Source: Neoechinorhynchus agilis (taxonomy: Eukaryota > Animalia > Acanthocephala). From it: a stretch of 64,000 bases of DNA. Under the pieces are notes generated by a model. The model saw only the letters and a list, made by a program, of their open reading frames with translations. It ran no database searches and was not told the origin of the DNA. The stretch lies in NCBI GenBank assembly GCA_051530055.1, contig CM121341.1:10580784-10644783 (forward strand), written 5' to 3'. Shown here piece after piece: positions 63,084 through 64,000 of this stretch (positions within the stretch are counted from its first letter, which is position 1; each line of letters opens with the position of its first letter). The position numbers and the translations under genes are program-made.

Positions 63084-64000
63084 TCTCCGTTGCGCAGAGT
63101 TTCAGTGCCTTTTTGTCAAAGGATTAAACCTACTTAAAGAAGGAATTTGACTTTGCGGTTGAGATACGAAACCACTGGCAAAGGCAGAGATCATCGCAAC
63201 ACCATCGTATACTTTGTTGTACTGTCTCGGGTTCCTTAGGTGCTTAAAAATTGTGTCAAGTTTAATCAATTATGGTCAATTCTGGAGATTTTAAAGGTTT
63301 TCGTGATCATTCATAATAATTGGTGTTTTTGAAGTTATGAATAATTTGATATCCTCTGATAGAATTCGATTGTTAATTATAAACAGACGATGAAGAACAA
63401 ATAAGATAGTAGCTTTTGTTCAATTGACGAATTCGATGGTATCGATTTTTCAACCATTAAATTAGAGTGGAACGCCGATTATCCGACAATATTGTCCTAA
63501 TAAAGTTCTGTTTCTAGAAGAGAATTAGAGACCTTGCTGCGAAAAATGAAGATGTGCAATCGGGTACAGAAATCAAATAAGTGATTATTTTTATTATGTA
63601 ATTCTCCCCCGGTTTTGCTGTTTCAAATCACTTCTCCCCAGCATGTTAAGAACTTTGATATGTGTAGCTTAGCTTGAAAAACTGGATAAATCACGTTGGG
63701 TTTTCGGTTACCTGAACAAAATCTCATACCGAATGGTGCCCGGTCCGAATTAATTCGCGGATAAGCGACGTTCTATTGTATATCCTTTTTAATGATGAAA
63801 AAATCCGTTTAAAATTTAATAACGTAATTACCGATTTATTACCCTCGACTTTAAGGGTAATGTAACCCCTTTTTTAAATAACTTTTTTTTTAAATTTCGA
63901 TTTTATTATGACTAGCAAATATACGTACAATATGGGATCTATTTGGTTACTTTTCTTTACATTCACCACCTCCCACCAAATTCCAGCTTTTGTCCTTCCT

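Overview
Compact, AT-rich eukaryotic genomic DNA, almost certainly from a fast-evolving animal (talin, tetraspanin, Rab11, ARPC1, alpha-carbonic anhydrase); the taxon cannot be fixed from the sequence alone. I can model 11 host genes: PSMB1, a tetraspanin, a shortened talin, a class-V PLP cysteine-desulfurase-like gene, Rab11, ABCB1, a fucosyltransferase-like gene, a membrane alpha-CA, NAD synthetase, MRPS7 and ARPC1. The window also has a small 5S rDNA array, decayed CRE-type and L2/CR1-type non-LTR retroelements, hAT and Penelope relics, palindromic MITE-like repeats and two tandem repeats. Main result: the genes carry two classes of interruption. Class 1 is 11 ordinary GT-AG introns, all 44-53 nt. 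Class 2 is 15 well-supported (plus 2 tentative) interruptions of 55-681 nt. Their removal restores conserved protein motifs and reading frames. Their ends mostly read T|A...Y|A (often a TA direct repeat) rather than GT-AG, and their first and last ~10-30 nt fold into a stem whose sequence differs in every case and contains many G-U pairs. This looks like a structure-defined, non-canonical intron system (or, less likely, TA-bounded DNA elimination) coexisting with the normal spliceosome. All junctions are inferred by hand from protein homology; no RNA evidence is available.
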